From: Eledone cirrhosa
Lineage: Eukaryota
Direction of reading: 5' to 3'
NCBI GenBank assembly: GCA_964016885.1
Contig: OZ024742.1
Location: 287,122,001-287,186,000 of the forward strand
Length of the DNA stretch: 64,000 nt
This document shows, piece after piece, positions 24,278 through 34,747 of the stretch. A program made the translations under genes and the position numbers. The notes below the pieces were generated by a model, which ran no database searches, had not been told where the DNA came from, and saw nothing but the letters and a program-made list of their open reading frames with translations. The first letter of the stretch is position 1. Each line of letters starts with the position of its first letter.

Positions 24278-27200
24278 GTCATCATCATCATCATCGTTTA
24301 ACGTCCATGTTCCACGTTTGCATGGGTTTGGACGGGAATTTTTCCACTTGAGGCAAGATTAGTTGTCTTGCTCGTATAGGACTGTCTGGCGGGTTTTCTA
24401 TGGCTGGGTGCCCTTCCTAACACCAACCACGTTTACAGTGTGGACTGGGAGGTTTTTACCGTGTTACCTACACAGCCACATCACAGCGTGGACTGTGTGT
24501 TTTTTGTCGTGACACCTACACGGCCTCATTTGTTTCGAACTGGATATTGTGGTACCAACATAACTTTACATTGAAAGGGGTCGTGTGGCCGGGGTGTATT
24601 TTTGTTAGAGGTGACTGACTGTAGGTTTCGCTCTGTACTTAGGTAAGGCGGGTCTTCTGCATTACTGTGTATCGCCAAAGATCTCGGTCCAGTGACATTG
24701 TCTTGGAGAGGTGTAAGTGTGTGAGGTCGGAATTTAGCAAGTCGTCCCAGGTTTTTCTGTGTCTGCCTACTCCGTGGTTACCGTCTATTTTTATCGCCCT
24801 GCACTTTTTTATACAGCTGTCGTCTTTCATGCGCATCACGTGACCATACCAACGTAGTCTTCTCTCGAGTAAACAGCATCTGATCCCTCTTATTCCTAAT
24901 TTCTCCCTTAGTTTTTTTATGCTTAGCCGTTCACGTATATTACTATTACACATCCAGCGGAGCATGCAAGCTTTGTTCCTCTCTAGTCTGCGTATATCCT
25001 CTGCACACAATGCCCAGGTCTCACTGCCATGCAACATTGCTGTTCGTATGCAGGCATCATACAGCCTGCTTTTCATTTTTAGTGAGAACCCTTTAGCTCT
25101 CTGAACTTTTTCCATCCCGTTCTGACTCTAGCTACTGTACTTTCGGAGCACCCTCCACCACTGCTGATTTTGTCACCCAGGTAACGGAAGGTGTCCACTA
25201 TTTCTATAGAACCATCTGTGCAATGGAATGAGCTAATATTCTGTGGGCACTTGCTGCTACTTATTGCACCTGAGCACCGGCCACATATAAAATCTATATT
25301 CTTAGCTTACCTGTGATCCTACTACATCTTTTATGCACCCATACTTTGCATTTGGGACATAAATTGGAGTTTTTGCCTACTCCTTTCCTACACATTGAGC
25401 ATCGCCATTTCCCAGATGGGACCGGTGCCCTATTTTCCTTCCTACAAACTAGAACTTTAGTCTTAGACAGGTTAATTTTAAGGCCTTTTGATTCTAGGCC
25501 ATGCTTCCATATTTGGAGCTTCTTCTCTAGTTCGGCCATTGATTCAGCTATGAGTGTTAGATCATCTGCGTATAGGAGTTCCCATTGGCAGCCTGTCTTG
25601 AACTCCTGTTATAGCCTGAAGGGCAATAATAAATAGGAGGGGGCTAAGGATGGAGCCCTGATGAACACCAACCTTTACGCTAACCTCTTCACTATATTCG
25701 TTGTTAATTCTAACCTTGCTGACTGTTTCTTTATACATGGCTTGTATAGCTCTCACAAGCCATTCATCAACACCTAGTTTTCTAAGAGCCCACCAGATAA
25801 TGGAACGGTGGACTCTTTCAAAGGCTTTCTCCAAGTCAACAAAAGCTAAGTATAGGGGTTTACTTTTAACTAGGTACTTCTCCTGTAGTTGTCGTACAAT
25901 GAAAAGAGCGTCTGTGGTACTTTTACTCGACACAAACCCGAACTGCATTTCATCTAGATCAATTCGCTCTCTGATTAGTTGCGCTACTACTTTTTCTGTG
26001 ACCTTCATGACCTGGTCGATTAATTTAATGCCTCTATAGTTACCCCTATCTAGGGCATTTCCTTTACCCTTGTAGCAGTTAATGATGATGCTGCTCCGCC
26101 AGTCCTTTGGAACGACCCCATTCTGTATGACTTGGTTTATTATCCGGGTGACCATAGTGTGTCCCACCGCTCCAGATGCTTTCAGCAACTATTTCCGAAG
26201 GCCCAGCCGCCTTACCCGTCTTCATATCTTTGATTGCCTTACTTATACTACCTTCCACTAGCACTGCTGGTCCCTCTATTGGATCGATGTGGGGGAGACT
26301 GTCTTTCTCCCATTTATTCTCATTTAGTAGCCTTTCGTAGTGACACTTCCAAGCTACCTTCTTATCAGCGTCAGTGATGGCAAGTACACCATCATTATTA
26401 AGGACACACTTCTCCCCGACAATATCACTGTTTTCCTTGACACATTGCCTAGCAATCCTGAACACCTCACGTTTTAGAACATGCTTGAACTTTCTTTCCT
26501 CTGCTTCCCTTCTTGCGAGGTACACTTGTCTCCTAGCTTCCCTCCTGGCCACTTGATAGTCTTCTCTACTTCCCCCATCCCACCATACTTTCCAGCCTTA
26601 ATTGACTCCTCCACCTTACTGTTCCACCACCACGTTACTCTCCTGCCTATAGGCCTGCTCCAGCCACAGACATCATCTGCCGCCTTCAGCAGGTTAGCTT
26701 TCAGGAATTCCCACTGTTCCTCTATATTGTACGACTAATTGCTCTTCCTTACTGTCAAAAGCATCAAGTAATATGCTTTGAAATTTATTCCTGGCTGTGG
26801 GGTCCTTTAGCTTCCATATTTTCTCATGACGATAGTCCTCTGTTGTCGAGTACGTCTTGTCCTGACTACGAGGTCGCTGACTATGAGTATGTTGGGAGGT
26901 GCATTCTTCATGGGGAAGGGATTTGGTGTTTACGACAGACACTATCACGTCTTCTGGTAAGGATATAATCTATCTGACTGGCGTGTTCCCCTGATCGATA
27001 GTGTTACAATCACATGATCACCTAACTTCAAAAAACGAGACAGACAGGTTATTTGCGTCACAGAATTCCAGGATTCTGGTGCCTTCCTCATTTCTAGTTC
27101 CAAACCCATAGCCTCCATGGATTCCGTCATAGCCATCACAATGTTGTCCAACGTGACCATTTAGGTCACCAGCAATAATTATGTAGTCACTGTCGGTTAT

Positions 27201-27675
27201 TTGGGAGGTCGTGAGCATCAATGTCTCATAGAATCTGTCTTTTATAACGCCAGGCAGTCCGGATTGGGGTGCGTACGCAGATATTACTGTCACAGTAGTT
27301 CTATTTAGGACAAGTCTTATTTTAATTATTCTGTTGTTCACTCTATTTACGTCTATTATCTTATCTACCCATTTTTCTGCCCCACCCAACCCATTGTCAT
27401 TTCCCACCCAGAAAAGCTTATAGCATCGTTTTTTACCCACAATGAATCTAGTAGACCCACCCCTCCACCTGGTCTCTTGGATACAGCAAACATCAACCTC
27501 CTTACATTCAAGCATTTCTACAACCTCGTTAGAGCGACCTTTTAAGGTGCCTACATTCATGGTACCAACTCTGAAGTTTTGGATTGCGTTTGGTGGGTGG
27601 GGAGGGGGGCTGGGGTTAGGGTTATGTTGGCCATCCGCGGCCGAAACAAAGAGGAGGAGTCCTTGCCTTTTCATG
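24278..27675 (-). mobile_element. Near full-length decayed RTE-clade LINE (APE endonuclease + RT)
   Basis: GTMNVGTL..CIQETRW..SAYAPQ..AGDLNGHVG (APE); KGKGNALDRGNYRGIKL, QFGF, FVDLEKAF, GVHQGSILSPLLF, and LYADD at about 25561-25575; C-terminal RRLRWYGHVMR; 3' UTR ends in (ATG)n; multiple frameshifts. Confidence 0.95.
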
Positions 27676-29500
27676 TATGTATGTGTATGTACATATGTAT
27701 GTAATTGTGAGTGTATATATTTTTTCTTATATGTGTGTGTTGGCGTGAGCCTATATATATATATGTGTGTGTGTATATATATATATATAAAATTTATTAT
27801 TTTCTTGTTTTTGTCAACCCCTGTATTTTAGTATGTTGCCGTGCCTTTTTATTTTTAATATTTTTCTTGCCTGCTCAATAAGGCAGTGAACTATATCGAT
27901 GTAAATATACGTGTGTGTGTATGGTATATTGTATATATGTGTGTGTGTGTATCATCATCATTTTACGCCCGCTTTTCCCTGCTTGCAAGGGTGTGTATAT
28001 ATATATGTATATGTGTGTGTGTGTATATCCATATATATATGTGTGCGTGTTCATGCATGTATACGTATGTGTGTATATTGTGTATATACAAAGGGCAGAA
28101 GAACTCAGAGTCAACAGCCATCCAAAAGTGTGTAAATATATATACACATGTACCGTGTGGTTAAACCACTGGGAGTGAGGACCCCTAGTCTTTGTCAGGG
28201 CATTCTTCTAGGAGAAGGCAACTCAGGAAACTGGGATGACTCCGATATAAAACCTGCGGCTCACTAGTTACCGATGATGTTGATATTTTCTTCTTTTCAG
28301 GTTATAGCTACTGTCGCTCAGAGAGTGGGATTGGCTCAGTGCACAGTCTTTCCTCACTTTAAAAAATATCTTCACGCACGATAGAATTTATTAATAATGG
28401 TATATCGCGCAATGGCCATACTCAATAACGAGGGGGCAGCCATCATATATATATATATATATATATAGGTATGTGCATGCATGTGTAAGTGCGCATGTAT
28501 GTATGTATTTATATATATGTATGTGTACATGTACGTCTGTGTGAGTATATGCGGGGGTATGTGCTTATATATACATTATTTTCCCCTTTACATTACGTCC
28601 GTTATTTTATTTCAGCCTCGCTTTCAATTGTTCTAGACTTTGTTTTGAAATCCATATCTCACATTCATTTTAAATAAATTTTCATTCTGACGACTGAAGT
28701 CAGACGTCTGTGTCAGGCTCGTCTGTCTTCATGAAATAATTATCTTATGTTGTTTATTACATAACTATATATATATATACATACAACCTTTATCAAGTCC
28801 TCTTAGGATTTTGGTCTTTGTATTTATTATTATATATATATATATATATAATATACATGAAAACAATATCCCTTCCTTAGCTGTTAACTTGAGATCTCTA
28901 CAATTTCAACCCCTTTCATAGGTGACAAGCAGCATTGCTGCTACCAGGGAATGTCTGGGTTTTATGGTGCCACAATAAAATACACCCTGTACACTCTGTA
29001 ATGTAATGTGATGTTCTAGCATAGCTGCAGTCCACTGACTGAAACAAGTAAAATATGAATGATAAAAGAAAATATACATATGAATATTCATTTAAAAAAA
29101 GTCATACATATGACTATATTACATAGGATATTCTATAGAAGTTAGAACTGAAGTCGGATGTAAATTTCAAAAGTTCGATGTTTTACACACATACATATCA
29201 TTTTTATGTCTTCTCCCTGCTAGCAAGGATATATATATATATATATCATTTTAATGTCTGCTTTTCCTGCTAGCAAGTATATATATATATATACACACAC
29301 ACACTCATACATACATATCAGTTTAATGTCCGCTTTCCCTGCTAGCAAGGACATATATATATATATACGAGTTTGATGAGCTATTGATTCCAGAGTTAAG
29401 CCCAATCAATACAGATCGTACCTTGATCAATCATGAAACACGTGTCACATCTGAATAAACTTAATGATGATACTTTGACACCCCATTCCTACTCATTATT

Positions 29501-29533
<33 letters not shown>

Positions 29534-29534
29534 G

Positions 29535-29725
29535 TGGCGGTGGATTGGCAGTATCGGTAGAGGGTCGGACACCATGCTTTCCAGCATAGTTACGTCCCTT
29601 TACGATCCGAGTTCAAATCCCGCCGAGGTTGACTTTGTCTTTCATCCTTACGGGGTCGATAAAATAAAGTACCAGTAATGTATTGGGTAATTGCTGGCCT
29701 TGTGCCAAAAGTAGAAACAATTATT
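29535..29725 (+). mobile_element. tRNA-derived SINE, family B, flanked by (TA)n
   Basis: ggcggtggattggcagtatcggtag..gagttcaaatcccgccgagg..gtagaaacaattatta. Confidence 0.88.
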
Positions 29726-29932
29726 ACATATATATATGAGTGTATACACACAATTATTGTCTTGAAATATGTCTTAGAATTGTCATTATATTATGGATCA
29801 TAACATAATTCTTGGTTGTTTGAAATAATTCCTTAACCAAAATATTTTCCAAATACTTTTCGTACCGTTTTAGGTCAAAGTAGAAAACAAGTGATTGTTT
29901 TTAATCTTTGCAGAATAACAGAAAATCTATTT

Positions 29933-32900
29933 TCATTTTGAATTTTTGGAAAATAATTTTTTCTTTTTTTTTAAATTCCAAGAATTTTCTGACGTTTTAT
30001 TTGGAATGGTCATATAACCATCTGGGTGGACACTATCCATGTAAGAAAGTGACTGCTCATAAAAGTACAAAGGATGTTTAGGGTTGGTGTATTTCTGGTC
30101 ATCATATACATAGCGTGGTGGATGTTGTAACTGTTGTTGTTCCTCATAATGATACATGTCAGACAGAGCATCGTCATAAATAAATTGTTCTGTCATTATT
30201 TTATTCTCAAAGATTGTTGGCATGACCTGAGGGTCAACGGGTCGTGATACAGTTCTGGGATATCTTAATTGAAAACTCTGAGTTCTCAGAGGAAATTTTC
30301 TGGGGCCATAACTTAAATCTTCCGTTGAGAAATATTGCTTATATTTATCAAGTGGACTTCCCCATAAATAATTAGTTTCCCTCACCAATTTTTCCCTAAA
30401 TAAGGAATTATTCAGTTCGTCAAAATTATTTGCATTGCTATTTCTCTCACCAGATTCTAACTCATTGGAATGGACTGAGAATTGCCAATTTTTAATGTCA
30501 TCTTCTGAAATAAAATCTTTGACATAAGACAGTTCAGCATCAATATATATGTCAGAGATGTTTTTCTCATATTTTCCAACTGATGGTGATCTGCAATAAT
30601 TACTATCTTCCATAAATGTCCTCTGCTCTGAACAATGTATTCCAGGTATTTTGGTTTTACTACATTCAACAGAACATTCCTTTCTTTCTTTATCTAAAGC
30701 TTCAAAATCAGTATGACCTTTGACATGTCGACTTTCTTTGTCTACTATTTTGTCTTTCTGACAAAGTTTTGAAGTAATTCCTATTTGTTTTAGTTCATTA
30801 TTACATTGCTGGTGGCTGTTTAGTTGTAATTTGTTGTTAAATGAAGTAACCCTCTCATGCTGAGAACTGCTTTTAATTTCATATCCCTCTGACTGTAGCA
30901 GAGTATTTTTACCATGTCCAATGTTATTAACATCAACACCTTTATCATTTAATTCATTTACACCTTTGATAACTTTATTATTAGTTAAATGAATTTGGTC
31001 TGAGCTTTTATCAGTGATTTCAGATTTAAAGTCATCAACAGAGATTTTCGGTAAATCTTTAGCATTTAATAAACCTGTTTCTTTTCGAGAATGTTGAGCA
31101 GTCATTAAGGGAGTATTTAAAGAATTTGTTTCACATGTGCCAAGTTGTCTGCTGAAAGAGTCTATAGCAGAAGAATCCTTTGTAATATTTCTCTGGCCAG
31201 ACTTTTTCCCAGTAAAATTGGAAATATGATGGTCAGATATTCTTGATAAATGGTCCAGTACATCAAGGGCCCAGTCACATTCTTCCAAAGTCCCAAGATT
31301 TGAAGATGTAGCATCGTTATCCTCATCACAAACATATTTACATGATAAATTTGTTGTTTTGGTATCAACTAGAGGTATTTCATTTTCAACATCTTTCACA
31401 GAATCAATTTTTTCTTTTGGAAAATCCTGAAAGTTTTCAATTTTATCTTCTAAAGGTGTCACATTCAACAAATTACAATCAGGTGTATCACTTTTAACCT
31501 CATCCAATATGTCATTGGCACTGTGCCACTTTTTTCTATCAAAGAGGTCAATACTTCGACCCAATTTAAATGGAGAGTTCACTAAACTTTGAATACGAAG
31601 TGGACTCAGTTTGTCTTTTAATTTTGCTAAACGGTTTTTGTCCATGATGCTTATTGACTGTGATCTGCCCAACTTTAGAGGAGAATTCTTTAGTTTTTGA
31701 ATTGTTAAAGGACTTAAACTGAAACTTCTATTTCGGGCGTCAGGTCTCATTTTCTCTTTAGGGAGATCTTTGGGAACTTGAGGCCTTTTAAGCTGTTCTT
31801 CAACTTCAGAGTCCAACAAGGAATGTTGAGAATAAGCAGCAGGCTTTTTCTTATAATTGAATGTACCATTTGTTTTAGTCACAATACTAGCTTTTGTAGA
31901 ATCTTGGGATATTTGGGGGACAATTTCATTTGAAATTTCATGATTTTCCTCAGAAATGTTTGAATGAAATTCGTTTCCATTACACCTCTGATGGGTCACT
32001 TCTATCTTACCCACCTCACTTCCCTGAACTTTTCTCTCTTCTCCATTAACAGATTCTTGGCTCTTTATTTTATTTTTTCTGTTTTCTGTGGAAACTGGTT
32101 TGATTGTCACTCCAGCATGAACATGTAATGACATCTTTTTTAAAGCCTTGAGTTTAGCCATATTTTGAGGAATGTGTCCTTCAGTTGTTCTTTGCTGTGA
32201 AGATTCCATTCCATTGAAATTATCAATGGATGTTGTCTGACTTTTCAAAGATTCCGTTTCTGACTTTAAATTGTTTGTTTCAGAATTTAAACAATCATCT
32301 AAGGCCTCCAAATGTTTTGCTGCTTTATCTTCGGCTGATCGTGTTTCACTAACAGAGTCTGAAAAACTGGACAGTGAAGTAACTGAGGTTGTATCGGTCT
32401 CTGTATTGGTGGAGTGGGGAGATGAAGAGTTAAATGGAATAGATAGTGACCGTTCTGGAAGATATGGATGTTTGCAGCTGAATAACGGAGACTGGTGATT
32501 GCTGTTGGGTGAAACACTAGAAAGAGTAGATGTAGGCCTGTAAGATGAGCAGATTTCTGCAGCAGATTTTATTGTTTGAGAATCAGGAGGAATTGATACA
32601 TTGAAATCAGAATATACAGTAAATTGTCCCTGGGGTAAACAATGTTCATTAATAACTGATTGATTTGGAATTATTGATCTCTGTACTGGATTGTTATAGT
32701 TACAATTGATATCTGGGATCGCAGAAATCTCAGTGGCCTGAGAATGGTAGTTCTGGGGTTTACTGTGGAATGTATAATCAGCTGGAACTGAAGCTGGTCT
32801 GTTAGCTGACTCAGAATAATTGGGGTAACATTCCTGTTCCTGGGGAGATTTGTTTGGAATCACAGAGACTGACCTCACTGGAGATACAGTGAGATTTCTT

Positions 32901-34747
32901 AAAGCTTCTATACTGGTAACTTTATCTGGAGGTACTGACATTGACTGTACTGGTGATATAGTTAGTTGACGAAAGTCATAGCAATCTGTCTCGGTAGCAC
33001 TATAAGATGTTGACCTGGTCGGTAATTTCCTAAGATTTTTGAAACTTGCTCTAAACAGATTCTCATTTGGTGGAGCACTTTCAGACCGTCTTGAAGAAAT
33101 AGTACAATATCTGAAGTCATGATCGACAGTTGGTTCTTTAGGGGGGTTATTTTGTCTGGAAAGTAAAGTACGGCCTCTTAAGGAGCCATAATTGGCAGAT
33201 GAATTTGGTGGTGCAGAGACACATCTGTTGGCAGATGGTTTATCACTGTACACAACATATGTATTGGCATCTGATGGCTCTTGCTTGCAGTTATATGCAG
33301 GATGTACATTAGCTTTGTTATATACAGAACTATCAAGAGCAGGAGTAAAAGCTGAAGAACAGGGATACTGGCTAAGATAATGACTCTGCTTGTAAGGTAA
33401 TGTCCGATACATGGAGGGGTTAGATACTTGTTTACAACTATGAGGATCTGTAGTGGGAAAATTTCTTAAAGATTGATTCTCATTTAACATGTTTATATTT
33501 TCAAGGCTTGTAGCTTTGCGTATTTGATACGAACTTGCGTTCTCCATCAAATTAGTGTGAGAACAGTTTTCAGCGTATGACATCCTTTTGTGAGAACAAT
33601 AATTGTTACAGTTTGTCACTGGATTACAACATTGTCGACGATTCAGACAGTTACCTGGATTATTGTAGATTTGATGACATTGATGCCTTTGTAAGTAATT
33701 TGGGTGATTAAATTCTTCTGAATTAGAAGCATGTATTCTTGGGTTATGCCCATCATAGCATCGGCCAGTGTGGTCCCTTGGATAGTATTGTAGTTCATAA
33801 TTTGTCCATGGATGATTTTGTTGAAAGGTTCCTGGTTTTGAATCTAGAGACTCTTGACTTGTACAATACTGAGCTTGGTTTAATACAGGGGACATTTCTT
33901 TGTAAGTAGGGGTCTTAATAGCATTGAGATGACGACGAAAGGAAGAACGTAATCTTGTTAAGGGACCTTCCTTGGTTTTACATTCCATTGGTTTCGTAGT
34001 TGGTTGGTAAACACTGTTCAAATATGTATACTTTGCTGGCTTGTTGCCATGGTCACGATATTTTTCAAGCATTTCAAGATAATGGTCAGATCCTTCCTTA
34101 GGTTGCTGCCATATATGGTAGTGGTCAGAAAGATTATCTAATGTTGACACTGATGAGGTTTTTACATTTTCACTGTGATGTCTTGTTAGAGGACGTCTCT
34201 CTTTTGTTAAATGATACACTGGTGAAACAGTTACATTTGGTATTTGAGACCTCGGAGGGTAGTAGCTAGAATATAGCTGCATGTCTTTAGTTGTACTTAT
34301 CTTAGTCCTTGGTATGCTGCCTTTGAAATCTTCAGAATTAAAATGGTGTCTCAAGGAATAGTTTTCTGCATCTTCTTTCCTTTTATACCTATCTAATGTC
34401 AAAGAGCCCTGCTTTAACTTTCTCTTGATAGATTTGGTGTTGTAAGGAGTAGCTCCTTCTTCGTCAATAACAGATGAAGTAAATATTTTTGTAGTTGTCG
34501 GTTCGTTAGTTATATCAGGGTATGAAGTTTCATCAAATAACATAGCTTGGTTGACAGCAGAAGGCATGCTGTCAGAAATACTAGGACTACCCTCATTGTG
34601 TGAGAAAATATGTATATTATCGCTCATCTTGGAATGGCAGCCAATTGGATCTTCTCGGCAAGGATAGAAACTTGTAATATATCGACTGGCATCATTTGTA
34701 TGTTTGTTCATCAATGAGGTATTTGATGTTAGTGATGATGATGATGG
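29933..34747 (-). CDS. XKR terminal exon, 4815 nt (about 1604 aa, S/N/T/P-rich, probably disordered)
   Basis: Uninterrupted ORF 29933..34714 extended 11 codons to the acceptor tttctctttctag|CCA; phase 0 matches the upstream exon. Confidence 0.88.
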   Translation of the reverse strand, partial: PSSSSLTSNTSLMNKHTNDASRYITSFYPCREDPIGCHSKMSDNIHIFSHNEGSPSISDSMPSAVNQAMLFDETSYPDITNEPTTTKIFTSSVIDEEGATPYNTKSIKRKLKQGSLTLDRYKRKEDAENYSLRHHFNSEDFKGSIPRTKISTTKDMQLYSSYYPPRSQIPNVTVSPVYHLTKERRPLTRHHSENVKTSSVSTLDNLSDHYHIWQQPKEGSDHYLEMLEKYRDHGNKPAKYTYLNSVYQPTTKPMECKTKEGPLTRLRSSFRRHLNAIKTPTYKEMSPVLNQAQYCTSQESLDSKPGTFQQNHPWTNYELQYYPRDHTGRCYDGHNPRIHASNSEEFNHPNYLQRHQCHQIYNNPGNCLNRRQCCNPVTNCNNYCSHKRMSYAENCSHTNLMENASSYQIRKATSLENINMLNENQSLRNFPTTDPHSCKQVSNPSMYRTLPYKQSHYLSQYPCSSAFTPALDSSVYNKANVHPAYNCKQEPSDANTYVVYSDKPSANRCVSAPPNSSANYGSLRGRTLLSRQNNPPKEPTVDHDFRYCTISSRRSESAPPNENLFRASFKNLRKLPTRSTSYSATETDCYDFRQLTISPVQSMSVPPDKVTSIEALRNLTVSPVRSVSVIPNKSPQEQECYPNYSESANRPASVPADYTFHSKPQNYHSQATEISAIPDINCNYNNPVQRSIIPNQSVINEHCLPQGQFTVYSDFNVSIPPDSQTIKSAAEICSSYRPTSTLSSVSPNSNHQSPLFSCKHPYLPERSLSIPFNSSSPHSTNTETDTTSVTSLSSFSDSVSETRSAEDKAAKHLEALDDCLNSETNNLKSETESLKSQTTSIDNFNGMESSQQRTTEGHIPQNMAKLKALKKMSLHVHAGVTIKPVSTENRKNKIKSQESVNGEERKVQGSEVGKIEVTHQRCNGNEFHSNISEENHEISNEIVPQISQDSTKASIVTKTNGTFNYKKKPAAYSQHSLLDSEVEEQLKRPQVPKDLPKEKMRPDARNRSFSLSPLTIQKLKNSPLKLGRSQSISIMDKNRLAKLKDKLSPLRIQSLVNSPFKLGRSIDLFDRKKWHSANDILDEVKSDTPDCNLLNVTPLEDKIENFQDFPKEKIDSVKDVENEIPLVDTKTTNLSCKYVCDEDNDATSSNLGTLEECDWALDVLDHLSRISDHHISNFTGKKSGQRNITKDSSAIDSFSRQLGTCETNSLNTPLMTAQHSRKETGLLNAKDLPKISVDDFKSEITDKSSDQIHLTNNKVIKGVNELNDKGVDVNNIGHGKNTLLQSEGYEIKSSSQHERVTSFNNKLQLNSHQQCNNELKQIGITSKLCQKDKIVDKESRHVKGHTDFEALDKERKECSVECSKTKIPGIHCSEQRTFMEDSNYCRSPSVGKYEKNISDIYIDAELSYVKDFISEDDIKNWQFSVHSNELESGERNSNANNFDELNNSLFREKLVRETNYLWGSPLDKYKQYFSTEDLSYGPRKFPLRTQSFQLRYPRTVSRPVDPQVMPTIFENKIMTEQFIYDDALSDMYHYEEQQQLQHPPRYVYDDQKYTNPKHPLYFYEQSLSYMDSVHPDGYMTIPNKTSENSWNLKKKKKLFSKNSK

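Noticed and set aside
28150-28445. Possible RTE 5' UTR or HDV-like ribozyme
   Set aside because: It looks like a repeat fragment, but I could not build the nested double pseudoknot by eye, so it is left uncalled.
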